From IMG/VR virus record IMGVR_UViG_3300027418_000007: a DNA stretch of 64,000 bases. The stretch is one strand, 5' to 3'. The notes below the pieces were generated by a model. The model ran no database searches and had not been told where the DNA came from. It saw only the letters and a program-made list of their open reading frames with translations. The stretch's first letter is position 1, and every line of letters starts with the position of its first letter. Below, one piece after another: positions 1-10,152 of this stretch. Origin of the DNA: an uncultured virus (IMG/VR IMGVR_UViG_3300027418_000007) (Duplodnaviria; Heunggongvirae; Uroviricota; Caudoviricetes). Made by a program: the position numbers and the translations under genes.

Positions 1-2
1 GT

Positions 3-404
3 TCCATTACGGGACTTTATGTATCTGGAATTAGTACATTAGGAACAGTACTAATTTCTTCTGGTATTGTAACTGCCACCATAGGTATCGTAACTTATTA
101 TGGTGATGGTTCTAAACTAACTGGAATACAGACTTCTGGTGTGGTGTCAGTAATCAATCAAGATCCAAATACTCCTATAGTATATCCAACACTAGTAAAT
201 AGTGTTGGAGTATCAAGTCTTGGTATTTCTACAACTAAATTGTCGTTTATTCCTTCTAGCGGAAAACTTGGATTGGGGACAGTAACACCAAGAGAAAATC
301 TTGATGTAATTGGAACTATTGGTATTCAATCTGCCGGTACTTCTAATCGTTTTTATCTTCAACATAATTCATCCGAAAATTCACTTGATTTTATATTTGT
401 ATGA
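3..404 (+). CDS. Tail-fibre-like protein, C-terminal part (5' truncated by window edge)
   Basis: Frame is open from base 3 (SITGLYVSGISTLGTV...YYGDGSKLTG). It carries the GLGTVTP..LDVIG motif shared with the other fibre genes in the window. Confidence 0.7.
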   Translation, partial: SITGLYVSGISTLGTVLISSGIVTATIGIVTYYGDGSKLTGIQTSGVVSVINQDPNTPIVYPTLVNSVGVSSLGISTTKLSFIPSSGKLGLGTVTPRENLDVIGTIGIQSAGTSNRFYLQHNSSENSLDFIFV

Positions 405-1453
405 TTAATACCGTAGGAAGACTAAAATCTAATGGGGTAATGCAAGTTTATGATATAATTGATGAACTTTCTTATCCAGATAAAAATGTTGGAATCACCA
501 CAAATGGAATATTGTACGCATCCTTATTTGATGAAAACGTATCTTCCAACATGCAATCTAATACTCCATTAAGAATCACGGGTGATAGAAAAGTATTAGT
601 ATATAATTATTTTGATGAAAGAACATTATCTCTTAACAATGATATATTTGCTAGTTTGATATCCTTATCGTATTCTTTAAATGCAATTACTTCAGTTACT
701 AATACTGATTTTAAAAACGTTCAAAGTACAATTCAATCATCTAATCCAGCATTTAATGTTTTTGCCGTAGCAACAAAAAATAATAATTCCGAAGAACTTC
801 AAGGTAATAGTAGTTCAACTGGAAAATATAGTTTTACCGGTACTGGATTTGTATATAATAGTTCTAATTCTAATTTTCTTTCTACTGGAAATGAAATTAT
901 AGATATGAATACTGGAATAAATTATGGATTGCCTGAAATTGACGGAAAAAAGTGGATGGCAGCAGCAATATATGATGGAACAACAAATGGATTTCGTGGT
1001 ATTTTATTGTGGGTATTTACAAATGATACGATTGATATTTTAAACAATATAGAAATTGATGGAAAAAAAGTAACTTCTACCAGAACTATTTTTTATCCAA
1101 CATTAAATCCATTGGAATATATGAGTGTATATCAAGTTGTAATTGGTCGGGAAGGAAATATTATAGAATTTGATACGACCGGAAATGCCGGATGGGGATA
1201 TAGTAATAATCAAAATCCTACTGTTACGGGATATCATCTTTCAACAAATTTTTCTTTTGATGATGGATTATGGGCCTTTATTCTTGGCGAAAAAACTGAC
1301 GGTAATGATGGACCTACGTATAAAACAACAAATGGATATGGATTTGGTAATTATAATCAAACTGATTCAAGTTCTTCCTTGTATTGGGAAGGATCAAATG
1401 TTGCAACTTCTAATTATGTTGGGTTTATATTTACCGGTGATTCTCAAATTTAA
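401..1453 (+). CDS. Hypothetical protein, probably virion-associated
   Basis: 350-aa ORF overlapping the upstream stop (ATGA); N/S/T/G-rich; lies between fibre genes. Confidence 0.6.
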   Translation: MINTVGRLKSNGVMQVYDIIDELSYPDKNVGITTNGILYASLFDENVSSNMQSNTPLRITGDRKVLVYNYFDERTLSLNNDIFASLISLSYSLNAITSVTNTDFKNVQSTIQSSNPAFNVFAVATKNNNSEELQGNSSSTGKYSFTGTGFVYNSSNSNFLSTGNEIIDMNTGINYGLPEIDGKKWMAAAIYDGTTNGFRGILLWVFTNDTIDILNNIEIDGKKVTSTRTIFYPTLNPLEYMSVYQVVIGREGNIIEFDTTGNAGWGYSNNQNPTVTGYHLSTNFSFDDGLWAFILGEKTDGNDGPTYKTTNGYGFGNYNQTDSSSSLYWEGSNVATSNYVGFIFTGDSQI

Positions 1454-1456
1454 ATC

Positions 1457-1464
1457 AATAAATA
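1457..1464 (+). promoter_or_regulatory. T4-type late promoter (AATAAATA)
   Basis: NATAAATA box in the intergenic gap before the 1485 fibre gene. Confidence 0.6.
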
Positions 1465-1484
1465 GACTTATATAGGCATAAAGG

Positions 1485-4400
1485 ATGGCACTTTTAAAAG
1501 CTAATACTGGCATAGGAATTACTAATCCAAGCGAGGCTCTGCACGTTATTGGTAATGGATTGTTTGTTGGTATAGTTAGTGCCACATCATTTATTGGAAA
1601 TTTATCTGGAACTGCAACAAGTGCTATAAATCTTGTTGGGGGAGAACAAGGATCGGTTCCATACCAATCTTCAACTAATTTAACAACATTTTTATCTCCA
1701 GGATCTGCCGGTAATGTTTTAGTTACGAATGGTGTAGGTCAAAATCCCACCTGGTTGTCTCCAAGTGCATTATCTGGTGCCTTCAATGGTGTTACAATTA
1801 AAGATGAGGGTTCCATTATTGGGTCTCCAGATACTATTAGATCCATAAACTTTGTTGGTCCTAATGTTGTAGCAACCGCATCAGGCGTCGGTGCCACGAT
1901 TACACTTTCTAATGATGCACAATATCTAACAGGAACTGCTCCCGGAAGTGTTATTTCACAGTCCTCTGGATTTAATGTTACTGGTAATGTTACTATTTCT
2001 GGAAATCTAAGTGTTGGTGGAACTTCCGTAATCTTAAATGCTGCCACACTTCAAATTAAAGATAAAGATATTGTTGCTGGCATTACGACTAATGCATTAG
2101 GGCAGGATGTTTCTACTGATTTTACGGCAAATCACGGTGGTATTGCAATTGCATCCACTGAAGGAAGTCCATTATTTGATATTAATGCTGGAGTTGGTAC
2201 TGATAATATTCCAAGCACATATAAGCAAATTATGTGGTTGAAGTCTGGTTCTTTTACTGGACTGAATACTGATGCTTGGTTATTTAATTATGCTGTTGGT
2301 GTTGGTACTAATCAAATCCCAAATGGAGTCAGATTTGCTGCTGGTAATGTCCAATTCACACAAAATGATTTAGTATCTGTAAGAAATATTAATGCCTCTG
2401 GTGTTATAACTGCAACTCAATTTGTCGGTTCTCTTTCTGGTAATGTTACAAGTGCAGATTATGCCACAAGATCAGGTATAGCAACTTATGCAACTAATGC
2501 CGGTATTGCTACTAATGCAGGAATTTCTACGAATGTAATCGGTGGCATTGCTTCCGTAACTTCATTGTCAGTATCTGGCATTAGCACACTTGGAACAGTT
2601 AGGATTTCTTCTGGTATTGTAAGTGCAACTACTGGCATTGTTACTTATTATGGTGATGGTTCGGGTCTTACTAATATCAACATAGGATCCATTTCTGGTG
2701 CAATTGCCGGTATTACTATTCGTGATGAGGGGGTAATAGTAGGAACATCAAGTAGTGTTACGAGTGTAAACTTTGTTGGTGGTAATGTTGTTGCAACCGC
2801 ATCGGGTGCTAATGCCACAATTACGATTGCTGATAATCTTGTAGGAACTGCATTAAGTATTTCTGGTATCTCTACATTCACCAACGGACCAGTATTGATT
2901 GGTTCTGGAACTTCAACCGGAACTTTATCACAACCACTACAAGTTACTGGTGGTGCTTATGTTTCTGGTAATCTTGGAGTTGGAACCACAAATCCAACCT
3001 CAAAATTTCACATTATTGGAAATGGATTAGTCAGTGGTGTTATAACCGCAACAACATTCTTTGGTAACTTAACTGGTTATGCTTCAACGGCAGGTATAGC
3101 AACTTATGCTGATAGAGCTGGTATATCAACCTTTGCAACTAATGCAGGTATAGCGACTTATGCCACTAATGCCGGTATAGCAACTTATGCTGATAGATCT
3201 GGTATATCAACCTTTGCAACCAATGCTGGTATAGCAACCTATGCGACCAATGCTGGTATTGCCACAAATGTTATAGGTGGTATTGGTTCTATTACACAAC
3301 TTCAAGTCACCGGTATCTCAACTTTTACCAACGGACCCATTTTAGTTGGTTCTGCAACCTCCACAGGAACCTCAGCACAAAGACTTCAGGTTACTGGTGG
3401 TGGTTATGTTTCTGGTTCTGTCGGAATAGGAACCACAAATCCAACCTCAAAACTTCAGGTTCAGGGTGATGTATCTATTGCAAGTACGGTTGGAATTGGT
3501 ACTGTAATTGATATTGTTCCTTATGATACTCTCAATTCTGGTACTTTATCTTTTGAGGGTTCTGCTGGTCAGTTATTCTCCATTACAAATAACCTGACTT
3601 CTGGAAGTATCTTCTCTGTGAATGATGTTTCTGGTATTCCAAGCATTGATGTTGATGCTAATGGAACCGTAAGTTTAGTTGCCTATGGTGGTAATGTTGC
3701 AATTGGTTCCACTGGTCTTACAGGAACCGCATCACAAAAACTTCAAGTAACTGGTGGTGGTTATGTAAGTGGTTCATTGGGTATTGGAACCACAAATCCA
3801 TCACAATCCTTACACGTTCAGGGTAATGTAAGAGTTACCGGAGCACTTTATGATGGTACTAATCTAACAGGAAGTTCAGGGCAAATCTTATCATCAACTG
3901 GATCTGCTATTTCTTGGATCAATGCAAGTTCGGCAAATGTAGGATCCGCAAACTCCATAGCAATTGCTGTAGACTCTACAAATGCTTCAAGATACTTAAC
4001 TTTTGTTAGTACCACTTCTGGTAATAATTTAGTTTATGTGAATAGTAGTCTACTTTTTAATCCTTCAACTGGCGATGCTTCTGTTAATGGTCTCACAATT
4101 GGTAAAGGAACTGGAAGTGTAAGTAGCAACACTGCACTTGGTTATCAGGCACTTTTAAGTAATACTACTGGAATCCAAAACACTGCTACTGGATTTAGAG
4201 CACTCTACTTAAACACCATTGGAAACAATAATACTGCTAATGGGTATGCAGCACTTTATTATAATACCACTGGGCAATACAACACTGCTACTGGATTCCA
4301 AGCACTACATGCCAACACCACTGCATCATTCAACACTGCTACTGGTTGGCAGGCACTCCGTTTTAACACCACTGGAGTTAGGAACACTGCTAATGGATAT

Positions 4401-7400
4401 GCAGCACTTTATTATAATACCACTGGGCAATACAACACTGCTACTGGATTTTATGCACTATTCTCCAACACCACTGGACAAAATAATACTGCTACCGGAG
4501 TTCAAGCACTCTATATAAACACCACTGGAATCCATAATGTTGCTAATGGTCTATATGCTCTATATGCAAATACCACTGGCAACTACAACACTGCTAATGG
4601 TTCAAGTGCCCTTGAAGCCAACACCACTGGAACCAATAATACTGCTACTGGGTTTGGAGCACTCTACTCCAACACCACTGGAACCAACAACACTGCTACT
4701 GGATATGCAGCACTCTACTCCAACACCACTGGATTCTATAACACTGCTAATGGAGTAAGTGCACTTTATGCTAATACCACTGGAACCCAAAATACTGCTA
4801 CTGGTTACCAAGCACTCCAAAACAACACCATTGGAGTCCAAAATACTGCTAATGGATATAGGGCACTCCGTGCCAACACCACTGGAATCAACAATACTGC
4901 TACTGGACAACAAGCACTCTTCTCCAACACCACTGGTGGCGGCAACACTGCTAATGGATACAGAGCACTCTTCTACAACACCACTGGCGCCAGCAACACT
5001 GCTACTGGAGTAAATGCACTCCGAGACAACACCACGTCCAGCGGCCACACTGCTACTGGAGTAAATGCACTCTATGCTAACACCACTGGAACCAGTAACA
5101 CTGCTAATGGATATGCAGCACTTCGTTTCAACACCACTGGAACCAACAATACTGCTAACGGATATCAAGCACTCCGTGCCAACACCACTGGAATCTTTAA
5201 CACTGCTACTGGATTCCAAGCACTCTATGCCAACACCACTGGAGTCAACAATACTGCTACTGGATCTAATGCACTCTTCTCCAACACTACTGGAACCCAA
5301 AACACTGCTAATGGATATAGAGCACTTCTTTCTAACACCACCGGTAACTTCAACAGTGCTTATGGACATCAAGCACTCACAAACAACACCACTGGAGTCA
5401 ACAATACTGCTACTGGAACAGGTGCTCTTCAATCCAACACCATTGGAGGCAGTAACACTGCTAATGGAGTAAGTGCTCTTCAATCAAACACCACTGGAAG
5501 CTACAACACTGCTAATGGAGTAAATGCACTCTATAGCAACACCACTGGAACCAACAACACTGCTACTGGATTCCAAGCACTATACTCCAACACCACTGGA
5601 ATCCAAAACACTGCTACTGGATTTGATTCTCTCAGAGCCAACACCACTGGATCCAATAATACTGCTAATGGATATAGAGCACTCTACTCCAACACCACTG
5701 GAACCAACAACACTGCTACTGGATTCCAATCCCTCGCCTCCAACACCACTGGAATCAACAATACTGCTACTGGATACAGGGCACTTTTTTCCAACACCAC
5801 TGGAATCTACAACACTGCTAATGGATATGCAGCACTCAATGCCAACACCACTGGAATCAACAATACTGCTACTGGATATAATGCCCTCGTCTCCAACACC
5901 ACTGGGTCCAACAACACTGCTAATGGATATCGAGCACTCACAAACAACACCACTGGAACCAACAACACTGCTACTGGATATCAAGCACTCTCCTCTAACA
6001 CCACTGGATCCAACAACACTGCTAATGGATATAGAACACTCTTCTCCAACACCACTGGAACCAACAATACTGCTACTGGATATGCAGCACTCTATGGCAA
6101 CACTATTGGAAGTGCCAACAATGCTAATGGATATAAAGCACTTCAAGCAAATACCACTGGAGCAAACAACACTGCTACTGGAACAGTGGCACTCTACTCC
6201 AATACCACTGGATCCAACAACACTGCTACTGGTTATTATGCACTCTTCTCTAATACCACTGGAACTGTAAACACTGCTAATGGCATCCAATCCCTCCAAA
6301 ACAACACCACTGGAATCCAAAACACTGCTACTGGTGCAGTAGCACTCTTCTCCAACACCACTGGATCCAACAACACTGCTAATGGATATTATGCACTTGC
6401 CGGTAACACCACTGGATCCAACAACACTGCTACTGGGTGGAAAGCACTTACTGCCAACACCATTGGAATCCAAAACACTGCTAATGGAGTAAATGCACTT
6501 GCTGCCAACACCACTGGAACCCAAAACACTGCTAATGGATATAGAGCACTTCTTTCTAACACCACCGGTAACTTCAACAGTGCTTATGGACATCAAGCAC
6601 TCACAAACAACACCACTGGAACCAACAATACTGCTACTGGAACAGGTGCTCTTCAATCCAACACCACTGGAATCCAAAACACTGCTAATGGAGTTCAAGC
6701 ACTCCTCTCCAACACCACTGGAATCTATAATACTGCTAATGGTTATAGAGCACTCGTCTCCAACACCACTGGCGGCAACAACACTGCTACTGGAACTGCA
6801 GCACTATATTCCAACACCACTGGCGGCAACAACACTGCTAATGGATATAGAGCACTTCTTTCTAACACCACCGGTAACGTCAACAGTGCTTATGGACATC
6901 AAGCACTCACAAACAACACCACTGGAACCAACAATACTGCTACTGGATCAGGTGCTCTTCAATCCAACACCACTGGAATCTATAATACTGCTAATGGTTA
7001 TAGAGCACTCGTCTCCAACACCACTGGCGGCAACAACACTGCTACTGGAACTGCAGCACTATATTCCAACACCACTGGAATCCAAAACACTGCTACTGGA
7101 GTAAGATCACTTGAATCCAACACCACTGGAAACTACAACACTGCTACTGGATTCCAAGCACTCTATGCCAACACCACTGGAACCAGCAACACTGCTACTG
7201 GATTAGAAGCACTCACCTCTAACACTACTGGGCAACAAAACACTGCTACTGGATATTTTGCACTTCGTTTCAATACCACTGGAATTAGAAACACTGCTAT
7301 TGGATTAAGTGCTGGTTCAAGTATCACAACAGGAAGCAATAATACCTTCCTTGGTTATGATGCTCAACCTTCTTCTGCAACAGTATCTAATGAGATTACA

Positions 7401-7760
7401 CTTGGTGATACTGATGTAACTACCTTAAGAGTTCCCGGTCTTGGTTTCTATGGTGTAAGAACCAATACAACAGTCGCAACCACTTCTATAACTACCATAG
7501 ATAGTATTGTAGTTGCGACTTATCGTTCTGCAAGAATACAGATACAGATTACTCAAGGAAGTAACTATCAAGTCTCTGATGTTCTTCTCATTCACGATGG
7601 AACTACTGCTTCCATTATTGAATACGGAACACTCGCAACAGGTTCCACATTAGGCACTTATAGTGCTACAATAAATAGTGGAAATGCACTTCTTCAAGTT
7701 ACTATGGGTAGTGCAACATCATCTGCGGTGAAAGTATTAAGTTACCGAACTGTAGTGTGA
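1485..7760 (+). CDS. Long tail-fibre/adhesin-like protein with a 17-aa repeat solenoid
   Basis: 2091 aa; GIGTTNP fibre motifs, ATYATNAGI repeats, and 62 tandem NTA(T/N)Gx2ALx2NTTGx2 units. Confidence 0.8.
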   Translation: MALLKANTGIGITNPSEALHVIGNGLFVGIVSATSFIGNLSGTATSAINLVGGEQGSVPYQSSTNLTTFLSPGSAGNVLVTNGVGQNPTWLSPSALSGAFNGVTIKDEGSIIGSPDTIRSINFVGPNVVATASGVGATITLSNDAQYLTGTAPGSVISQSSGFNVTGNVTISGNLSVGGTSVILNAATLQIKDKDIVAGITTNALGQDVSTDFTANHGGIAIASTEGSPLFDINAGVGTDNIPSTYKQIMWLKSGSFTGLNTDAWLFNYAVGVGTNQIPNGVRFAAGNVQFTQNDLVSVRNINASGVITATQFVGSLSGNVTSADYATRSGIATYATNAGIATNAGISTNVIGGIASVTSLSVSGISTLGTVRISSGIVSATTGIVTYYGDGSGLTNINIGSISGAIAGITIRDEGVIVGTSSSVTSVNFVGGNVVATASGANATITIADNLVGTALSISGISTFTNGPVLIGSGTSTGTLSQPLQVTGGAYVSGNLGVGTTNPTSKFHIIGNGLVSGVITATTFFGNLTGYASTAGIATYADRAGISTFATNAGIATYATNAGIATYADRSGISTFATNAGIATYATNAGIATNVIGGIGSITQLQVTGISTFTNGPILVGSATSTGTSAQRLQVTGGGYVSGSVGIGTTNPTSKLQVQGDVSIASTVGIGTVIDIVPYDTLNSGTLSFEGSAGQLFSITNNLTSGSIFSVNDVSGIPSIDVDANGTVSLVAYGGNVAIGSTGLTGTASQKLQVTGGGYVSGSLGIGTTNPSQSLHVQGNVRVTGALYDGTNLTGSSGQILSSTGSAISWINASSANVGSANSIAIAVDSTNASRYLTFVSTTSGNNLVYVNSSLLFNPSTGDASVNGLTIGKGTGSVSSNTALGYQALLSNTTGIQNTATGFRALYLNTIGNNNTANGYAALYYNTTGQYNTATGFQALHANTTASFNTATGWQALRFNTTGVRNTANGYAALYYNTTGQYNTATGFYALFSNTTGQNNTATGVQALYINTTGIHNVANGLYALYANTTGNYNTANGSSALEANTTGTNNTATGFGALYSNTTGTNNTATGYAALYSNTTGFYNTANGVSALYANTTGTQNTATGYQALQNNTIGVQNTANGYRALRANTTGINNTATGQQALFSNTTGGGNTANGYRALFYNTTGASNTATGVNALRDNTTSSGHTATGVNALYANTTGTSNTANGYAALRFNTTGTNNTANGYQALRANTTGIFNTATGFQALYANTTGVNNTATGSNALFSNTTGTQNTANGYRALLSNTTGNFNSAYGHQALTNNTTGVNNTATGTGALQSNTIGGSNTANGVSALQSNTTGSYNTANGVNALYSNTTGTNNTATGFQALYSNTTGIQNTATGFDSLRANTTGSNNTANGYRALYSNTTGTNNTATGFQSLASNTTGINNTATGYRALFSNTTGIYNTANGYAALNANTTGINNTATGYNALVSNTTGSNNTANGYRALTNNTTGTNNTATGYQALSSNTTGSNNTANGYRTLFSNTTGTNNTATGYAALYGNTIGSANNANGYKALQANTTGANNTATGTVALYSNTTGSNNTATGYYALFSNTTGTVNTANGIQSLQNNTTGIQNTATGAVALFSNTTGSNNTANGYYALAGNTTGSNNTATGWKALTANTIGIQNTANGVNALAANTTGTQNTANGYRALLSNTTGNFNSAYGHQALTNNTTGTNNTATGTGALQSNTTGIQNTANGVQALLSNTTGIYNTANGYRALVSNTTGGNNTATGTAALYSNTTGGNNTANGYRALLSNTTGNVNSAYGHQALTNNTTGTNNTATGSGALQSNTTGIYNTANGYRALVSNTTGGNNTATGTAALYSNTTGIQNTATGVRSLESNTTGNYNTATGFQALYANTTGTSNTATGLEALTSNTTGQQNTATGYFALRFNTTGIRNTAIGLSAGSSITTGSNNTFLGYDAQPSSATVSNEITLGDTDVTTLRVPGLGFYGVRTNTTVATTSITTIDSIVVATYRSARIQIQITQGSNYQVSDVLLIHDGTTASIIEYGTLATGSTLGTYSATINSGNALLQVTMGSATSSAVKVLSYRTVV
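4128..7340 (+). repeat. Coding tandem repeat, 51-nt / 17-aa unit, 62 copies plus one degenerate copy
   Basis: First unit at 4128, degenerate NTAIG unit at 7290; the difference of 3162 nt equals 62 x 51. Confidence 0.95.
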
Positions 7761-7766
7761 TAAATA
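7759..7766 (+). promoter_or_regulatory. T4-type late promoter (GATAAATA)
   Basis: Overlaps the fibre stop codon and precedes the 7795-9678 gene group. Confidence 0.6.
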
Positions 7767-7794
7767 AGTAAACAAATCATTTCACAAAACAAAA

Positions 7795-8133
7795 ATGGCA
7801 AAGTACTCTGAAAATTGCGACAAGACCTTATCAAAGGCAGTTCCTACCGTAACTACAAATGGTATTGTAAAGTCTTGGGAACTTGAAGTAGTATATTCTT
7901 ATCCTGCTGCTGGTATCAACACGACTGATACTCAACTTCGTAGAAAGTATAACGAAACCGAACAGGTTGAGTATCTTGACAAGACTCCACAAGAGTTTAC
8001 CAAGGCTGAGTTGTTCTCATTCCTCAATATCTCACAATACGATATGGTATTTGACTCTACTTATGAGTCGGTGGTTCTTCCTCCTACAGAAAATAGAGAT
8101 ACCTCATTCGACCTCAATACACTTTCTGATTGA
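7795..8133 (+). CDS. Hypothetical acidic protein (possible fibre accessory)
   Basis: 112-aa ORF with phage-like codon usage directly after the fibre gene. Confidence 0.6.
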   Translation: MAKYSENCDKTLSKAVPTVTTNGIVKSWELEVVYSYPAAGINTTDTQLRRKYNETEQVEYLDKTPQEFTKAELFSFLNISQYDMVFDSTYESVVLPPTENRDTSFDLNTLSD

Positions 8134-8149
8134 TTTTTAATCTAATATT

Positions 8150-8884
8150 ATGACTAAAGAATATAAAGGTTTTGCGACCGTTGAGCAACAAGAAGAAGTA
8201 AAAGTAAGAAGAGTTCTTATCGGCACACCTGCTCTGGACGGTAAAGTTCAGGCTTGGTATGCCGATTCTCTTTCCAATTCAATCAAAGTATGTGCCGGAA
8301 ATGGAATTGATTTGCAACCAGTCATTTTAATTGATGAGAGCATTCTGCCAATGGCACGAAATGAACTTCTAAACATTGCATATCAAGATAACTATGAGTC
8401 TATTGTTTTTATTGATGCAGATCAAGTATGGGATGCAAGAGCACTTTTAGATGTTATCAACTCCCAGCACGATGTAATTGGTCTTCCTGTGGTATCAAAG
8501 ACTGATGAACCGGGAAACTTTAATGTAAAACTTAAAGGTATCGACCAAATTGAAAAAGACGAACAAGGAAACATTAAGGTTGATGCAGTAGGAACTGGAT
8601 TTCTAAAACTTTCCAGAAAAGCACTCGAAGCACTGTGGAACTCAAATCCAACTACATTGTTTAGAGGAAAAGAACTTAAGTTAATTTGTGAGTATGCAAC
8701 AAATTATAATGAGTTTGTTGGAGAGGATATTTACCTCTGCACTAAACTCAAAGAACTTGAGTTTGATATTTGGATCAATCCAAATGCAACCTGTGCTCAT
8801 ATTGGAAGTAAAGTATGGATGGGAAACTTTGCACACTTTCTTGAGTTTCTAACAACACAACAACCTGAAGAAATTCAAGAATGA
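8150..8884 (+). CDS. Glycosyltransferase-like protein (GT-A fold, GT2-like)
   Basis: ARN motif, FIDAD (DxD), GTGF, GED and CAHIG motifs. Confidence 0.75.
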   Translation: MTKEYKGFATVEQQEEVKVRRVLIGTPALDGKVQAWYADSLSNSIKVCAGNGIDLQPVILIDESILPMARNELLNIAYQDNYESIVFIDADQVWDARALLDVINSQHDVIGLPVVSKTDEPGNFNVKLKGIDQIEKDEQGNIKVDAVGTGFLKLSRKALEALWNSNPTTLFRGKELKLICEYATNYNEFVGEDIYLCTKLKELEFDIWINPNATCAHIGSKVWMGNFAHFLEFLTTQQPEEIQE

Positions 8885-9678
8885 AACAGTTTTATTTCTT
8901 GAGTGGTGTTCCTCGTAGTGGGAGCACCGTTTTTGCTACTTTGATTTCACAAAATCCAAATATACATACCACTCCAACAAGTCCGTTGTTAGATTTACTT
9001 CTAACAACCAAACCAACTTGGAAACAGGTATCTACATTTCAAACAAATACACACCCAGAACAATACTCAAATATTGAAAGAGGTATTATTTCTGGGTGCT
9101 ATCAGCACATCAAAGAACCGATTGTATTAGAAAAGCATCGGTCTTGGGCAAAGTATGGTTCTTATATTCAATCTACATTTCAAACAACTCCAAAGATTAT
9201 CTGCACCACCAGAAGAATCAGTGAAGTTTTAGCATCTTTTGTTTCTATCATCAATAAGTCAAAGAAGATTACTTATATTGATAGAGAACTGATGAATACA
9301 AATAAACCAGTCAATAATCAAACAAGATGTAGATTATTATGGGAGAATTATATCAGTGTTCCTTGGAAGAGTTTAAAGATTGGATATGAAACTCAAAGAG
9401 AACACCTGTGCTTTATTGATTATGAAGAGATTGTAAACTCACCAGAAGAAACACTGAAGAAGGTTTATGAGTTCTGTGAGTTAGAGTATTATTCTGGGCA
9501 CTACTTTGAGAACTTAAGTAATCCATCACCAGAGAATGATGATGCTTATGGTATTCAAGGACTGCACGATGTAAGAAAGAAACTTGGCAGAACCAGTCCA
9601 AAACCAGAAGATGTACTTGGTGAGGAATTGGTTGAGTATTATGATTCTTTGAAACTAGAATTTTGGAAGAATAAATAG
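8881..9678 (+). CDS. PAPS-dependent sulfotransferase
   Basis: N-terminal G-V-P-R-S-G-S-T PAPS-binding loop, 3'-PB-like R..SEVLAS and YEEIV..PE motifs. Confidence 0.85.
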   Translation: MKQFYFLSGVPRSGSTVFATLISQNPNIHTTPTSPLLDLLLTTKPTWKQVSTFQTNTHPEQYSNIERGIISGCYQHIKEPIVLEKHRSWAKYGSYIQSTFQTTPKIICTTRRISEVLASFVSIINKSKKITYIDRELMNTNKPVNNQTRCRLLWENYISVPWKSLKIGYETQREHLCFIDYEEIVNSPEETLKKVYEFCELEYYSGHYFENLSNPSPENDDAYGIQGLHDVRKKLGRTSPKPEDVLGEELVEYYDSLKLEFWKNK

Positions 9679-9703
9679 AAATAAGAAAAGATATTAGAAA
9701 TAA

Positions 9704-10138
9704 ATGCCTGCGAATCGTATTGGTTTTAGTACAGACTTTGTTCTAGTTGATAGTAGAATTGGTATTGGGACGGCAAATCCAACATATAAACTACAGGTTG
9801 TTGGTGATTTTGGTGCTACTACCAAGTCATTCTCCATTCCTCACCCAACAAAACCGGGACTGACTTTAAGACACGGTTCACTTGAAGGACCTGAAAATGG
9901 GGTTTATGTTCGTGGCAAAACAACAGAGTCTATTATACCTCTACCAGATTATTGGACTGGTCTGGTTGATGAGGAAAGTATTAGCGTGAACCTGACTCCA
10001 AAGAATGGTAAGTTGCACAGTGTTGTTGGGATATCAAGTAACATAGTAGAGATTGAGTGTGTTGGTGGTGAAATTGATTGTTACTTTATGATACTTGGAG
10101 AAAGAAAAGATGTTGCGAAACTAGTTGTGGAATACTGA
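9704..10138 (+). CDS. Small fibre-related protein (stand-alone fibre C-terminal domain)
   Basis: IGIGTANP.YKLQV followed by the KSFSIPHP...LRHGSLEGPENGVYVRG domain typical of cyanophage fibre ends. Confidence 0.6.
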   Translation: MPANRIGFSTDFVLVDSRIGIGTANPTYKLQVVGDFGATTKSFSIPHPTKPGLTLRHGSLEGPENGVYVRGKTTESIIPLPDYWTGLVDEESISVNLTPKNGKLHSVVGISSNIVEIECVGGEIDCYFMILGERKDVAKLVVEY

Positions 10139-10152
10139 GGGGATAAAATAAA

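Noticed and set aside
4219..7104. Long alternative-frame and antisense ORFs (e.g. 4602-5483, 5524-6270, 5580-6698)
   Set aside because: Shadows of the stop-poor 51-nt coding repeat; low-complexity translations without independent expression signals.
4128..7340. CRISPR-like appearance of the periodic repeat
   Set aside because: In-frame coding repeat with synonymous variation and no unique spacers.
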